A stretch of 64,000 bases of DNA from Fimbriosthenelais zetlandica (taxonomy: Eukaryota). Made by a program: the position numbers and the translations under genes. Below are positions 11,193 through 26,100 of this stretch, one piece after another; the stretch's first letter is position 1; the number at the start of each line of letters is the position of its first letter. The DNA lies in assembly GCA_977030845.1 (NCBI GenBank), contig OZ365115.1, positions 36,704,001 to 36,768,000 of the forward strand, in the 5' to 3' direction. The notes below the pieces were generated by a model. It was not told the origin of the DNA and did no database searches. It was given only the letters and a program-made list of their open reading frames with translations.

Positions 11193-14100
11193 CTGAATTG
11201 GAGAAGAAGATGAAAATACAAGTTAATAATGGAACAATATATCATGACACCGGATCCAGGGGAGGTACCGCGGGGTTATCTGACTGTTTCTCAAGGGGTA
11301 CTGATGGGTTTTAATTAGAAAGATGATTTGATAAGGTGTAAGGGAGTGGGTGTGGGATAGATGGGGGGACAGGTGGGGGATAGATGGAGGGATAGGTGTA
11401 GGATAGACCTCCTCTGGATCCTTGATTAGTCAGGCTTTAATCCCAGCTATCAAGCAATGCAACAATCCCGTGGATTTGATCCAAAACATTTCATGACTTT
11501 GTTCTGAACATTTGTAATTTGCTTTGATTGAGTTGCAGTGCTGCCACCAAGCGGGATAGAAAACCTGACCAATTGTTGTCACGACTTCACAAAGGATAAA
11601 ACTCAAACCTACCTCATTCATGCATGCAAGATTAATATATATCATCTCATCTTTGAAACATTTTCATTTTGTCGGCAAAACTTCGTCTGTCTCTGTTTCT
11701 CTCATATTTGCTGGCCAAAGGAACTTTAGGCTAAAAGTAAAACATGGAAGGAACATGCAAGAGGGTAAAAATATCTACTTTTATATGATCATGCTGAGGG
11801 GTAGATTGTATAGAGATATAAGGGGTTGGCTATAATTATGTCTGAAGGCAATACAGTCAAATAGTAAAAGTGGGCTGGGATAGTTTGCCTTGGGATGCAA
11901 CTATATTCGAACGGATCTTTTTGAAGCAAGGAAAATGAGGTTTTCTTCCATGTCATATACTCACTGGGGCTCCGGCAAACTTCTCTTGGATGGGATCGCT
12001 CCTGTAAAGGATAGACGTTGATCCATTACAAAATAATTCACTATCCAAGAATTTTGTTTAAAACTTATGCAAATATATTATAGAAGATGTAGATTACGAC
12101 AGTCTAAATGCTTTATGACACACCAAGGAACTTATGGCCACCACTACAGTTTATAAAGTATTATCATGAAGATTGTTTCAGTATTTTATTGAATTACAAT
12201 TTTTAAACTTTTAAAATGAACACTCACTCATCAGGTCCCATCTGTACTCTCTTCAAACCTCCGCGACTGAAAGAGGAGAAAGAAATATGTAAATAGTGAA
12301 AAGATGACATTATATTTCCTCAATTTTAAGTACTGCATATTTCCCCCTATACTAATCCTATGGATGAACAATACTTGGGGTGGAATACATAGAACCGACT
12401 GCGGTTTGGGACGGAGGGCGATATCAACAACATCAACCCAGAACCTCCTGTATTCCTTCTTTATATTAAAAATGTTCCTTCTTATTATTAAACATGTCTT
12501 ACCCGACTTGGTTGACTGCCCTAGCACGCTCAGCCAACTCCATCATCTGTCCATAGAAACAACAATCAACAATGAGTAACCATAGTGAGGTGAAGTGTCA
12601 GAGAGGGCTTGGATGAGTCAGGTAGGCGGGGGGAATCAAGCGGTATCATCTAACAGATCAACCATAAAATGCACGTATATACTAGTGAATACAGAACTAC
12701 TATTACAGAACTAGAGAGCTACAGCTGAGGAAACACTGAACTAATATGAAGGCATGAAGCTCGGGAGAGGGGGATGGCGGATGGAGATTCATGGGTGGGG
12801 GGGGGTTATTTTTATTACAAACTTTTTTGGCTCCAGGCTTTTTGTATTTTTGGTTGCCACCGCCACTGCAGCATCTGTTTAGGAGTTAATTGTGTTTATA
12901 CAACAATAACAGATTTATACAACAAATAGTTCTACAAATTATAAAAAATAAACTTAATAATTCAGATACTAGGCTACTGTTAATAAATGATCGACACTAC
13001 GCCACAGGCACTAGGATGTCAACTTATAAGTTATCTCAATGTAAGCATTGAATCTTCATCATTACTGAATTTATCTACTGGAATTCTATCAAATAAAAGC
13101 CATGCTTAAATACAAGGAAGAGTTGTTAATTTAGTTCAAAAAGGACCATCTGCCATTTCTAAAAGGAAAGGGAAGAAGATAAGAGCCTTTGGAAAAGAAG
13201 AATTCTAAATGAGCTGAAAGGAAACTGAAAGGAAAGGGGGGCGATAATAGAGGTGAAATTTGTATTTTAGTGTTCGGTTCCGCCGCTTGGCCACCAACCC
13301 ATGCCCAACCCAAACCCTTCCATCCAAAATGGCGGACGGAAGAGCTTGAACTGAATCCGTGAAGTGAGGAAGGCCCCAAGGGTGGGCGGGAACAGCACAC
13401 CGTCCATTAAATCTGACAGGTTTTATTATTTAAATCTTACAGGTTTTTATTAATTTTGTTGGGTTTTCCAAGAATGTAATAAAGCCTGCGAGTTGCTGCG
13501 GGACTGCCCTCAGAAGAGGTGAGAAAATAGTTCTATATATAGATCCAATAATACAAGATTACTGACTTTAATAAAGATATGGGAGATATTATGTAACGAT
13601 TAATCAGCAGAAATATCAACAATTAGACTGAAATGAAAATTTCTGATATGAATCACCCGCCCTGAATGATCTGGTATGGCTACGTTGGTTTGGATGGGGC
13701 CCGGGATCGCTCATTTGGCATTGAGGGATTCCCTGGGTATATGGGGTTCCCCGACCTACTTTAATCTTCAGCAACTTGCAGGCCAAGTTTACAAAGGATT
13801 AAAAAGTGAAGACAATACAAACGACGGATGAATTCATTGGTTTCTAATAAAAGTTGTGATTTTCTCGCTACATTATACTGGGGCAATTTCTGCTTTTCTT
13901 TTCAACAAGATTTCTGTTAACAAGATTATAAACATGATTCAAAAATTGAAGACCAAGTCAATGAGGACCCCAATAATGACAGCTGTAATATCGATGAGAA
14001 GAAATGGCAAACAGTAAGGAATTCATGGAAGAGTTGAAGGTACAACAAACAGGGTTTTGTCATATATTTTATAGATATAATATCTTTAAATAATTGCAGT

Positions 14101-17100
14101 TTGACTGTATATTTGAGGGCGAGTTCAGTGTATAGATTTTGTATTTCATTCAATATTATTCTTAAATCCTCTTAAAGAAATATATAATTTGATTCCCACT
14201 ACGAAATGCATTACTTTTCATATAAACATGTTGTGAGAAAGTGTTATGATATCTCAATTCTCTTTTGATGTTCATGAGTAGAAAAATAGATGTATTGATG
14301 TTCATATGTACAATAATGTTGTGTTTAATAATGTGTTTAATAATGTTGTCTTTAATAATGTTGTCTTTAATAATGTTGTCTTTAATAATGTTGTCTTTAT
14401 AATATCTCTTGTATTATATTATCTAACATATTGTGATGTAGTTTTATCATATCTCGTATTGTGATGTATTTTGATTGTATCTCATGAGCCACGTTGTGTA
14501 TTATAATGGCTCTGAGCGTGGACAGTGAGTTGGCACTCCGGAGCAGGGAGTCAAGCAGGCAGTATAATGAACGCTCACTTACGTCATATTGTTGCTCTTT
14601 GAAGCGTTTTTCCAGGTCGTACTTCTCGCTCTCCAGGCGGTAGATCAGGCCGTGGAGCTCCTTGGCCTTCTCAGAGAGTTTGCTCGAGTCGAAACCGGAG
14701 ATGTCAAGAGGCTGGATGCGCTGAGCTAAAATAGCCCGCTTCTCGGCCTCCAACTGCTCGCGGGATTTCCTCTCTCCTTGGCCTTCATCGTCTCCGGCGT
14801 CCGCCTACAACAGTAAACTGACGGCTGTCATTTTGTCCCGTGAAAAGCTCACCTGGAGCCCGTTTCAAAAGGATTATTCGTTTTGAAACAGGCTCCTGGG
14901 GCCTATTTCAAAAGAAAAATTAGCAATGCTAAGTCTATGGCAAAGTTTTGTTCAAAAATTTCCGATATGCCTCGTATATGCCTAGTATATATTATACACT
15001 CTCTAATTTAACTTCTCTTTAATTAACTTTAACTAAGATTCAACTACATGTAGCTAGCACCTTAGATACAGCACTAGGGCTGAAGTATTCTACTCCCTGA
15101 AATATCGTTCCCTTAGAAAGAAATCAAAATACCTCAACTTCATTAACTTACATTATACACAAAAAGGTAGTTCACAAGACATAGCAACAACCTAAGTCCT
15201 TGACAAAATTTTAAATGAAAAGGAATGTACTTATTTTGAAGAAAACAAACCCTTAAATGAATATCAATATGGGTTATGGAAAGGAAGTGGAAGAGTAAGA
15301 GGGATATCGCATTTAAAGTTGTGGACTGAGTTCAAATCCGGATGACTTAACACTGATGGGAACTTGTGTTACTGATTCAATAAGGACTTAATAAAATCAT
15401 TCAATGGACACGAAAAGACTTCGGTTATTAACAGGGCACACAAGGTTCGTGCTGGCTTGTAATTGATTTAACAACTAAATATTTCTTCAGAGGAACAAAG
15501 CTTTGTTTTGGTGAGGAAGGGAGGGGACAATAGTTTAGCCCTATTTCCTGTAATTTATGACTTGTGACGATTTACCTCTTCCTTCTATAAAAATAGATAA
15601 ACCAAAAAGGTTCAATCAGATATGTAAACATCCCAGATTTGTGGTTGGGTACTTCAAAAAATAATAAATAAAGGGGAAAACACTAGTATCATATAGGGTT
15701 TTATAAACCAAAAAACTGAAATTATCTATCCTAAAATACATTTAGTGAAAAAATATAGAATATTTAGAAAGTTATTTCAAGAAAACATGTGTAGATGTGG
15801 GGATGAATGACGTCACTCACTTGTCCGGGGGGTGTGTCTCTTTTGGAGATGACGAAGTTTGCCTTGGGTGGATTCTTCCATTTAGCCATCTCCGCCATCT
15901 TGGCATCACGGGCGTCTCTCCTCTTGCTCTCCTCCTCCTCCTTCTTCCTCTTCCTCTCTTCCTGTGAACAGTTAAAAAACAATTACACTTTATTTTTTAC
16001 TTAAATCTGATTTTTAAGTGTGAACTGCACATCTGGAGTCATGGCTACTTCCGGTATGTGTATTGCCAAGTGGGGAATGCACAAATGGTTCACAAAAAGA
16101 CCTTTCCTAAAGGTGTATAATGTCCCCTTTCCACTTTTCTTTGGATGAGATGCCTTTTACATTCAGTTCTTCTCATAGAACTTGCACAGGGAAGTCCTGT
16201 TAGATAATTTATTGAATCATAATGTTCAGAAGGTACCACTTTTGTGTACATTTTTAGGAAACAGCCAAAGGAGCTTAGCAACGCTCCTGCAGATCTTTTG
16301 TAGAATATTTCGAGGATAATTCAAATAAAACTTGGTGTGGAAGAACATGGTGAATGTACCGACCTCCTCAGCCTTGCGGCGAGCGTCATCTTCAGAACGC
16401 TTCTCAGCCAATCTCTGCTCCTCCTCCTGACGCTCCTTCTTACGTTGTTCCTAAATTTAAAAAAACATTTACTGAATTAAATATTACATTAATACCTGAT
16501 CATTGAATGACATCACTGGTGAACCATAATCTGAGGAAATGCAAACAGATTCATTTTATAATTGTTTATGTTAAAGATGTAAATTGGTTATCATGAGGAC
16601 ACTATTTTGATTGAATTTAATGACATAATACATAAAACTTAACTGACAAGTTGACATCAGATTTTGTAAAAAAAAAATGTAACTTTGTATAAGAAAATGA
16701 AAGTAGAAATTGTGGTATCAGTGAGCACTAATTCATGCTAAACAATTAATAATGAAAAATAACCACAATATAAGAGTTGATGACAATATGGTAAACATAA
16801 ATCTACTGATGTATGGGTAGAGATGGGGGGAGAGACCTGAGAGTGGTGGAGAGGAAGGTCTCCATACTGAAACGGTAATCAGGGCAACACCTAGCTCCAA
16901 CTTCCCGGTACAAAATCCACATTTTACTGTCAACCCAGGCCAAATCTCATAAAAACTCTCCATATCAACATTATCAGCTTCATATATAGGCTATACATTA
17001 CCTTGTAGTTCGTAAAGGGGCTTACAATGAATGACAATTTAGGCTTAGTAATCAAATTTTAGGTTCATAATGGAAATTTTAGGTTCATAATGGAAATTTT

Positions 17101-20100
17101 AGGTTCATAATGGAAATTTTGGGTTCAAAATAACAGTTTTGGGTTATAAATTAGGTTGATGAGTACTCATTAGAGAAGCAGTTAATGGTTAGAGTTCAGC
17201 GTAGAAAAGTTGGAGCTTCGTTGTTTATTAAAAATAATATCAATAAAGGTTTGAACATCAAACGACCAAGTAGTGGTTTACAAATAATGATGAGTCGAAA
17301 AAAACAACCACTGGTGAATATAGGAATCAGGGGTAAATATAAGACAATACATAATTATATGGACTAGAAACAGAATAGAATTGTAAGAAAGATGGATTAT
17401 ACACAGTTGGTGGTGGGGGGGGGGGTGACTATGGGGGGCAGCGTCCGTGTTTAGTCAGGTGTTGGTGAACAGTCAAGCACCAATGTTGAGCATCTTACGC
17501 TTCTCGATCTGAGTTCGTTTATCTCCTCTTCCATCCGCGCCCGTTCTATTTTGTTAGCCTCCAGCAGTTCCCGGGCTGCCTCATCCATGTCTTCTGATGA
17601 CGCTCCTCCTGCTCCGGCACGGCGTTTCTGTTACCATGGTAATAAACAAACCCTAACATTAATACTCTACACGGTGTGTCTACCCCGCGGTCTACCCCGC
17701 GGTCTACCCCGCGGTCTACCCCGCGGTCTAAACCCGGCCCAACGCTCCAGCTTCCGGTCCGTCGCATCCGCTCAGTCTCAAAAAACCTTCAAACGACCTC
17801 CAAATGACATTGAGGAAAAGCCGTGTTGGCAATCTGATGTTGGCATAGAGAAACCATGTAACATAGAGGAGGCAACTGTAGTGTCTGTCGGAATGAAATT
17901 TAAAATGGAAGAAAGATGGGATACTTTCCAGGGTAGGCCTAAATGAGTTAGCCTAATTCTCAAAATGATTTAAAGCATTTTTCCCATTTTGGTTACTCAG
18001 TCTATGAGGTCATTTGAACACAATTAGAGATCTGAACTCCTGAAATATAAACATGTCGCCACAAGCACATACAAGTACAACAGCGAGTAAGATGCTGCAC
18101 TCGCTCTGTATGTATGTGACGCCATGACGTCATGATGACGTCACGGCGTCATGACGTATTAGTCACACAGAAGGTAGTCGTGACTTACACGTCTCTCTCT
18201 CAGGACCTGGATCTCCTCTGCCTCACGCTCGCGTTCTTGCCGAGCTAGCTCGAGCAGTTCCATGGTTTGCTCGTCAACGCCCGCGATGTTACCGAGCTGC
18301 TCACGCCGACGCTGGATGGGTTATGGTGAGCAGATAGTAAACAGGTTAGTAAACATTAGGTTCACACATCATCCGACCCACCGATTCTCCCGGTTACTTT
18401 ACTTCCGGTTTAGTACAAGCGTCAAATGTTGGGCGGCTGATACTCAATCAAATTTAGTCAGGGTTTAAATTTACTTAGTGGTTTCAGACTTACTTTGATT
18501 TTATTAGTATAAACTTAAGACCTATGCACATAGATGCGATTCTCCAAGTGATAACTGCGTGAAACTACATTTCCAGTCACACCCAATGCTTGTAATTTTG
18601 TCAGTGGTTTGCCTTAGCTAGGTGTAAAGGACTGTTAAAATTACAAGCATTGGATGTGAATAGAAATATCGTTCCGGCAGCAATCGCTTTGAGAATCGCC
18701 TATATGTGTCCCAGGCTTTAGACCGTTACAGAATAAAATGTGACTGTTACTAATAATGAAGTGAATGAACATTGTTTATGATGGAATTCATGCATTAATT
18801 AACACCGAATAGTTGGGAAGTTTACAGGTCAGAAACAAAAGGTGAACTTGGTGGATTATTTCTGTGATTACTGAATCTGGGGTAAAACCGTCGCAGCGCT
18901 GTCAACACTGGAGATCTTCACAATTCATGACAACAGACTAATTTACATAATTCTTTATGTAATACATTGCTTAGTTATGTCAATAATTGGTTCATATAAC
19001 TTCAAAGTTTAATAATTTATTTTAATAAAGCATTTTTATGTTTGATGTTATTAAAAAGTATTGAAAATAAAGGATACACTTTTTTTTTTAAATAATTGAC
19101 CAAAAATGGTTCATACCTGCATGGCCAGCTCTGCCTCCGATGGTCCAGAATCCTCTGGTGGAGCCATCCTGAGAAGAAATCATTCTCATTTAGAGCAAGA
19201 AACAAAAAATAATTAACATCTAATACATCGGAAATAATCAGAGAGGAACATGGCGATATTTCAATCAGATCTAAAATACTGACTAATATATCAAGTTTTA
19301 TCAACTATATGATCATTTCTCATGAAAATAATTGAAATATTTTGTCATAAAACATCGGAAATACTTCTCATGATGGATAAAAATCATGAATATTTGAATA
19401 AAAATGAAAAATATGATACAAGCAGTGAACCAATGACTCAAAATGTGGCTACCAGATTCAGACAAACACAGTGAAAGGCCATTATCAACAAAGGTACACA
19501 TAACACGTGACAATCCCACAAAAAAATACTGACAAAACTCCCCAACAATAGAGACAAGGGGGACCGTGACCGTAACCATGGCAACATGAGTGCCAGCTCC
19601 AATAAACAGTGAGACATACGGCAATCATTAAAATAATAGACATTCAAAGATGAACAACAGGTGGGGCGAGATGTGATGGCAGAGACTTAAACTGGACATT
19701 CTTATAGGGTGAAAATCTCAACGAACAACAGCGGAAGAGAAAAAAAACCTCAGTGTAAAATGTTTCCGTAAAGTTGAATCAACAACAAGAGTGTACACCG
19801 GTATCACTAGTCCGTAAAGTGGTTAGGTGGTCTTCATTAAAATATACTAATTAATAGGATTAAACTGGAAATTAATTAATTAAATAGCATTATAATTATT
19901 TGTAGGCATTTGATTATAGCATGCTTTGCATATGTGACTAAAAAAAATAAAAAATTTCGGGATAACAAGAAAGACATGTAGTTGTTTTGATATTATTACT
20001 TTAAAGACATTTTTAAATGTTAATTAATTTTATCGTTATGTTTTTAAGATATTACCATGGTAACTAAATTCCAGCCACAGTTGTACGACACCCAACATTC

Positions 20101-23100
20101 TACTATACACAGTCTCTAAACAATCTAAAGTTCACATTTCTAAAGACATCTTTTGATTTTTTCTAGAGAATCTATAAATTCTTTCACAATTATAGACCAG
20201 TCTACACGTCTTTTGTTCCTATTAAAAGCCTTAGTTATATAAGGCTTCATTACAGTATTTACAAAAATCATTTGCTTACTTTAAAAACATGATTTTTAAC
20301 ACCAAAACATTTGAGTTTTAGGGAGCTTTTTCGACATAGATAGGTGTTGGTTAATTGCTCCATTTTCATCAAGTAGTATGGTTTCCAAAAGTTGTCATGT
20401 TTTTTAAAGGTAGCAATAATTGTTGTGAGTACTGTAGTTTTTGCGGGGATGGGATTATCAGTAGGTGAGGGTACAGTCTATGTTAATCTTAATCTATACA
20501 CCAGCCAATGCAATCTCTGCTCAAAATCAGTTTTCCATAATAAATATCACCAAAAAGACAAAATTTCTGCTTTTGCAATGTTGATTCTATTCCACAAAAT
20601 TTTCACCAAAGAATTTAAAATATTTTCCTTAAAGATAGAAGCTTTAAATTTAGGGGGAGAGGAAGGGAATTGCCTTGATTGTTTTGCATTGATGGTGGAG
20701 AGGATGGCGGTTGAACCTAACTACCTCACTGCTAAATCATGGAAACGGAAAGGAAATACACTACATGAACATAAAGTATGGATTAAAATGGAAACAAATA
20801 GAGCAAACGGAACCACGACCAATGATTATTATTGTGCTCGTGAATGTGAGGATGAAGCTAATCTACAAATGTAAATACTGAAATAAACATCGACACGTCT
20901 TGAGTCAATCATGACTGTCACGTCGCACTGTCTTAGCTTTGACTTCTCCATTTACTCCATACTCCCTTTGCGGGCCGTCAAGGTAATAAGTAAATCTTAC
21001 TCGGATCTGAAACATAAGCGTTGTACGATTAGAAAGAAAAAGAGAAAAAAATAACAAAGAAATCTGTAGCATGACAGAGGGTTCTGCAATGTGTGTTTTT
21101 ATGAATTCAGATTGCTTACATGTAGGCCAGTTTATATTTGAGACAATCTTTAGAAGAAATGTTCATGAAATATTGGGTTTGTATGTGTGGCCAGTGATTT
21201 TTGAAACACATTGCATAACAGGAAGATATGACAGAACACTTGAAAATGCTTTGCTTGCAAACCAAGCTAATCTAGCGACCTATAATAGACCTGGGTCATT
21301 CACGACATCAAACACCGCGAGATCCTGTCACAGGGACGAGAGCAAAACACTCTCCCATGCTGCAGAAAGAGAAAATATAGAGAGTGAGAGAAATGTAGAG
21401 AGTGACAGAGAATATAGCAAGAGAGAGAAAGAGAGAGAGAGAGGGAGGGAGAGAGAGAGAGAGGGAGAGAGTGAGAGTAGCGGGAGAGAGGGAGGGCGAT
21501 GGCCGAGAGAGCGAGAGAATACAGAAATATGCAAGAGAGGGTGAGAGAAAGAGTGAGAATAGAGAGAAACAGACAGTGAGTGAGAGAGGGTGAGAGAGAG
21601 AGGGACAAAGAGAGATAGGAATAGGAGAGAAGGGAGAGAGACAGAGAGAAGAAAGAGACAGAAAGGGACAGAAGGCAGAGAGACAGAGTGGAGAGAAACA
21701 GAGATACTGAGAGAGCAGAAGAGAGTGAGACAGAACAAAAAAGAGTGAGAAAGAGGAACAGAGAGAGAGACAGAGAGAGAAAAAGATAAAGAGAGACAGA
21801 GAGAGAAAGAGAGAGAAAGATAAAGAGAGAGACAGTGAGAGTGAGAGAGGGATAGATAAAGAGAGAGAGAGAAGTGTTGTAAGCAGTAGGTGTAGTACTG
21901 TATTGTCACGTATAGAGAGAGAGATGCCTGAACGTGGGAATCATCCAATATAAAACAGCCGCTAAGCTTCTAACGTCCGGCCCACACAGTTCATCAACTA
22001 GTACGTCAAGTACGTCAAGTATTCATCATCTTTAGGCCAGCCAGCATCACAAATATAGCACGTACCCCTGACAACCAGGTAGCGTCTCATGCTATAGAGT
22101 GTAACATGGAGTAATAGTTACATGCATTTATCCTTTAAAATTCTTTTTTTTCTTTGAAAAACTGGCAATTTTTCCAATAAATAAGTGGATTTATGTTTTA
22201 TACTCAGAATAAAAATTGATTTAATTATTTTTGGATCCTTAATGGGAATCAATGACTTATAGTGGGGTTCTTATTTTATGTAAGTTTTTAACGTCAAATT
22301 TATTAATAAAATTCGTCCAATGAGTATGTCATGTTGAATGGGGGTCTTTCTGGGACAATAGAGAAGAACAAAAACTGTAATGTATTCAAATTGACAAGAG
22401 GCAATGTTGGAAGAGAAACTTGTTGAAGTAAAAGATGAATATAATATATACCAGTAATAGCCATACCAAAGTCTCTTTATGTATGTGTTAAGTCACTCCA
22501 AAACTTATAAAGGTGCCGCATTTAGTTTGTTAACAACTTCTGAACTGAGGTGTTCTTTGACCTTGTTTGACATAAGGATCTTTTCATTTTCCATTATTTT
22601 TTTAGCGCTTCCTTCTACATTGTCATCTAAGAATGTTGTGCCTTTTGGATAATCTACATTCAATCAGTAGGCACCTTGTTTTTTGTGGTCTTTTTTTTTT
22701 AATTTCATGATTTTTTTTTACAAAAAAACCATAGGATTATAAAGAGACTTTAGTGCGGACAGATAATGAGACAGAAGCATGGATAGAGAGAAATATAACA
22801 CTGATACTAGATCATACTGCAGTCCGGAGTAGAACCAACTGTGTCACATGCCAGTTTGTGGTGAATAATACGACAATAGGGGGATGGCCTATGCTTACTT
22901 TCTAACCGGCGATTTAGGTTCGTCCTCGCCCTCCTCCCTGGCAAAAAAAGGTCAAATTGGGGTCAACCTAAGGTCAAATTGGGGTCAACCTAGCGTTTAT
23001 ATTGACACGCAATCCTCAGTTGTTCTTATTTGACCTAAATTAGCAATTGATGCATGGTGGATGGGACTAGCATAACGAGGAAACGACAGTCAGCAAGTCT

Positions 23101-26100
23101 GTCAGTCAACAAGTCGATCTGACAGTCAAGTCAGTGAACTTTACTCTGTAATATCAGGATCCACTAGGGTGATATCTCATCGAATCGTAAACCGAAGAGA
23201 GAGGGGAGTTCTAACAGACCCTTCCCGCTCTCACTACCAGTATTAGTCGTGGGTATCGTCGGTTTGCGATCGGATGGACAACCGGTTCAGTGGACCTGTC
23301 GGCTGAAGGTCATTTGAAGGTCATGACTTTATAATGGATCATAAACAAAGCAAACCAGTCCGGATGTCGAGGTTAGGGTTAGGGTACCTTCTGTCATGGC
23401 GGGCATGTTATAGTACTACTGGGTTCTAACAAAATCAAAGGTTTTTATGAAGTCAAAGTTATCAAAGTATTAATCGGGTCTACGTGTTATGAAGCCAACT
23501 CTAAAAAATATAGTCGCCGTGAGATTGTTACGACTGTTACGACTGTAACGACTAGACAGGCAGTGATCACCGGGTTTATGTGGGCTTAATGATGTCACTT
23601 ACAACTGATCAACAAGAAAAGGAGGACTGTGTGGATTGATGACAAAATGTGACTCCATTAAACAGTACAGGAAGTAAACAATGACCATTATGACGTCACC
23701 GGAAGTGACGCCACCGGAAGGGACAACAAATAAACCATGGAGATAATCTTAACCTTAGATAACACCTGTATAGGGGACAATACCTTAATGATCAACAACA
23801 CACCTGGCATTGTTCTTAATATGGATAAAAAACACAGGTGATCTAAACATATAAATCACACAATATAATCTACAAGTTATACACAAACACAGCCTATAAC
23901 AGACAACCATCAACGAGTACTGGGCTCAGAAGAAGCCACTTCTACAAATCCAATCATAATCAGACATAGACAGAGAAATATAAACACTTCTCTGCAAAGA
24001 AATCGTCAATTTGTCTTTAAGTTTTAGTTGAGGAAACACAGAGTATGATATTTGTGCAGAGAATGGGTTCAGTATGAAATGATGGAAATTCACATTTTAC
24101 ATGGACATCATAGATATATATAAAGCAGTCTATCAGATAAAAATTGACTTTAAAAAGACATTATTAAATGAGGGAAAATATCAGTTCCCATGTTATAATT
24201 TAAGAGAATTTTCTACAAAAGCCTAATATAATACCGCTTAATTATTTATTAGTTTCTACAGCAAAGGATTTGTTAGTGTCCTTATAAATGATTTTAACAT
24301 TATTTTGGATACTTTGGAATTCCGTGGAAGCTTTATCTATCTAATTATAAACAAAATATTAAGCTTAACCCTCTAGTAAAACACTTATTCTAGATTTGTT
24401 AATTTAATGTTTAAACTATTCTTCTTTGTTTAGATGTTAAGCAAGGGTTTCTAGGATACACAGAAAAGGAGAGCAACGAGAAAAGCGGACATTAGATAAG
24501 ACACTAGAGAACAAAGAATAAACGTAATCATTTAAATGCAGCGTCAATTCCTTTAAATTCTTCAGGGATTTAAGTGAGTACTTCCCAAAATGGCAAAGAT
24601 ATTACAATTGAATTGATTGGTGGCGTTGAAATAACATCACCTGAATTTCAGATGAAAGTTAAGTGATAAAGAAACTGCATGAAAATATGTTACGTTTACA
24701 TTAATTGTGAGAGAAGAGTGAAGAGAGAATGAGAGTGAATGAGAGTGAATGAGAGCTGGAAGAAGGAAGGCTGGCTTGACTTGAAATGGTTAAATCTACA
24801 GGGCATACATCTCTACAACTTCTACTGACACCAACAACAACACCAACACCAACATCACTACCCAACATCACTTACTCGTCTTCCACGTCGGACCTGAATA
24901 ACACCAAATAAAACAAGAAAACAGTGAGAAGAGAAACAGATGTTTAAAGAGAAAGAGAGAGAGACTACAAAAAGACGACTTGGTGAGAAAGAGACCTGAA
25001 GGTCATCCAAGGACAAGATGAGGAGACAGAGCCAACGCTGAGCTGGAAATGAAAGATGGAACGAAGAGGGACACACAGGCATAGACAGGGCCCCCTCCCA
25101 CAGGTTATGGTTTAAAAAAGATTAAAAAAACCTCCAACCATGACTGGAGTCAGCCATGAAGTTCAAGGTTAGCCTGAACGTCAGGTGGAGAAAGTTTCGT
25201 AAACATGACGTTCAATCTCGTTCACACTTTTCACACAGAAACAAGAGGACATCAAACACTAAAAGGACGACACAAAACATTGTACATATACGACACATTA
25301 AAGACAAGTACTTAATATCACAATATAATGAATATTGTCAGGAAAACATGTATAGATCAGAAGAAATAAGGCGGGGACACACTATGCGAACAACCAATGT
25401 TCACAATCATTTCACAACAATTTTTCTTTGATGTTTTTAGGTGAAAACGACTAGTAAATCATCAAAATTATTCAATAATCCATGAAACAAAATATCTTGG
25501 AATTATATTTCTTCTATATAGTAATATCCACAAGAAAAATCATCACATGACAGTGAACATCGATTGTCGATTCAGTGTGTCACAGCCTTAAGTAGACATA
25601 GGAGTAAAGCACGTTTGATTCATTCAAACTTCAAAGTACAAAAGAATCAAACACACCAAAAGCAAGTCCGTGTTAAATTTATATAGGTGGGAATGGCTTG
25701 TTTTATTTTTGTTATATTTAAAATATAAATCATTTTAGTTTGTAATGTTACATGTTAAATTATTTGTTGTTAAATTACATTTTATAATTGTTTTAATAAA
25801 CTCTTACCATTTTCTTTTAGTTATTAATTGAGTTCTTTTGTTATCTAGTTGTTATTTATTTCATGTAGAAGTTAAAGAATAAATTGTTGGACAATATTTT
25901 TTAATGCATTCCTTGGTAACACTAGAGAAACTATAAACACAAACTTTCTACATTTATGCACAGTGTGTTTCAGAATTGTATTGTTGTGTTGCATAATTTG
26001 AAGTGGACAAGCATCAAACTATAAAAAACAACAGATTTCACGTGAAAAGGAACAAAATCAAAACTTAAACTCCAACAACTTGTCAACAACACATAATGTG

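Noticed and set aside
20392-20874. 160-aa plus-strand ORF
   Set aside because: Non-ATG start, AT-rich intronic composition, no recognisable domain, antisense within a TnT intron.
21071-21948. Several ORFs of 63-206 aa
   Set aside because: They arise from the GA microsatellite.
23388-23425. 38-nt AG...GT candidate TnT exon
   Set aside because: Not a multiple of 3 and contains TAG in the coding phase. At most a poison exon, with no support.
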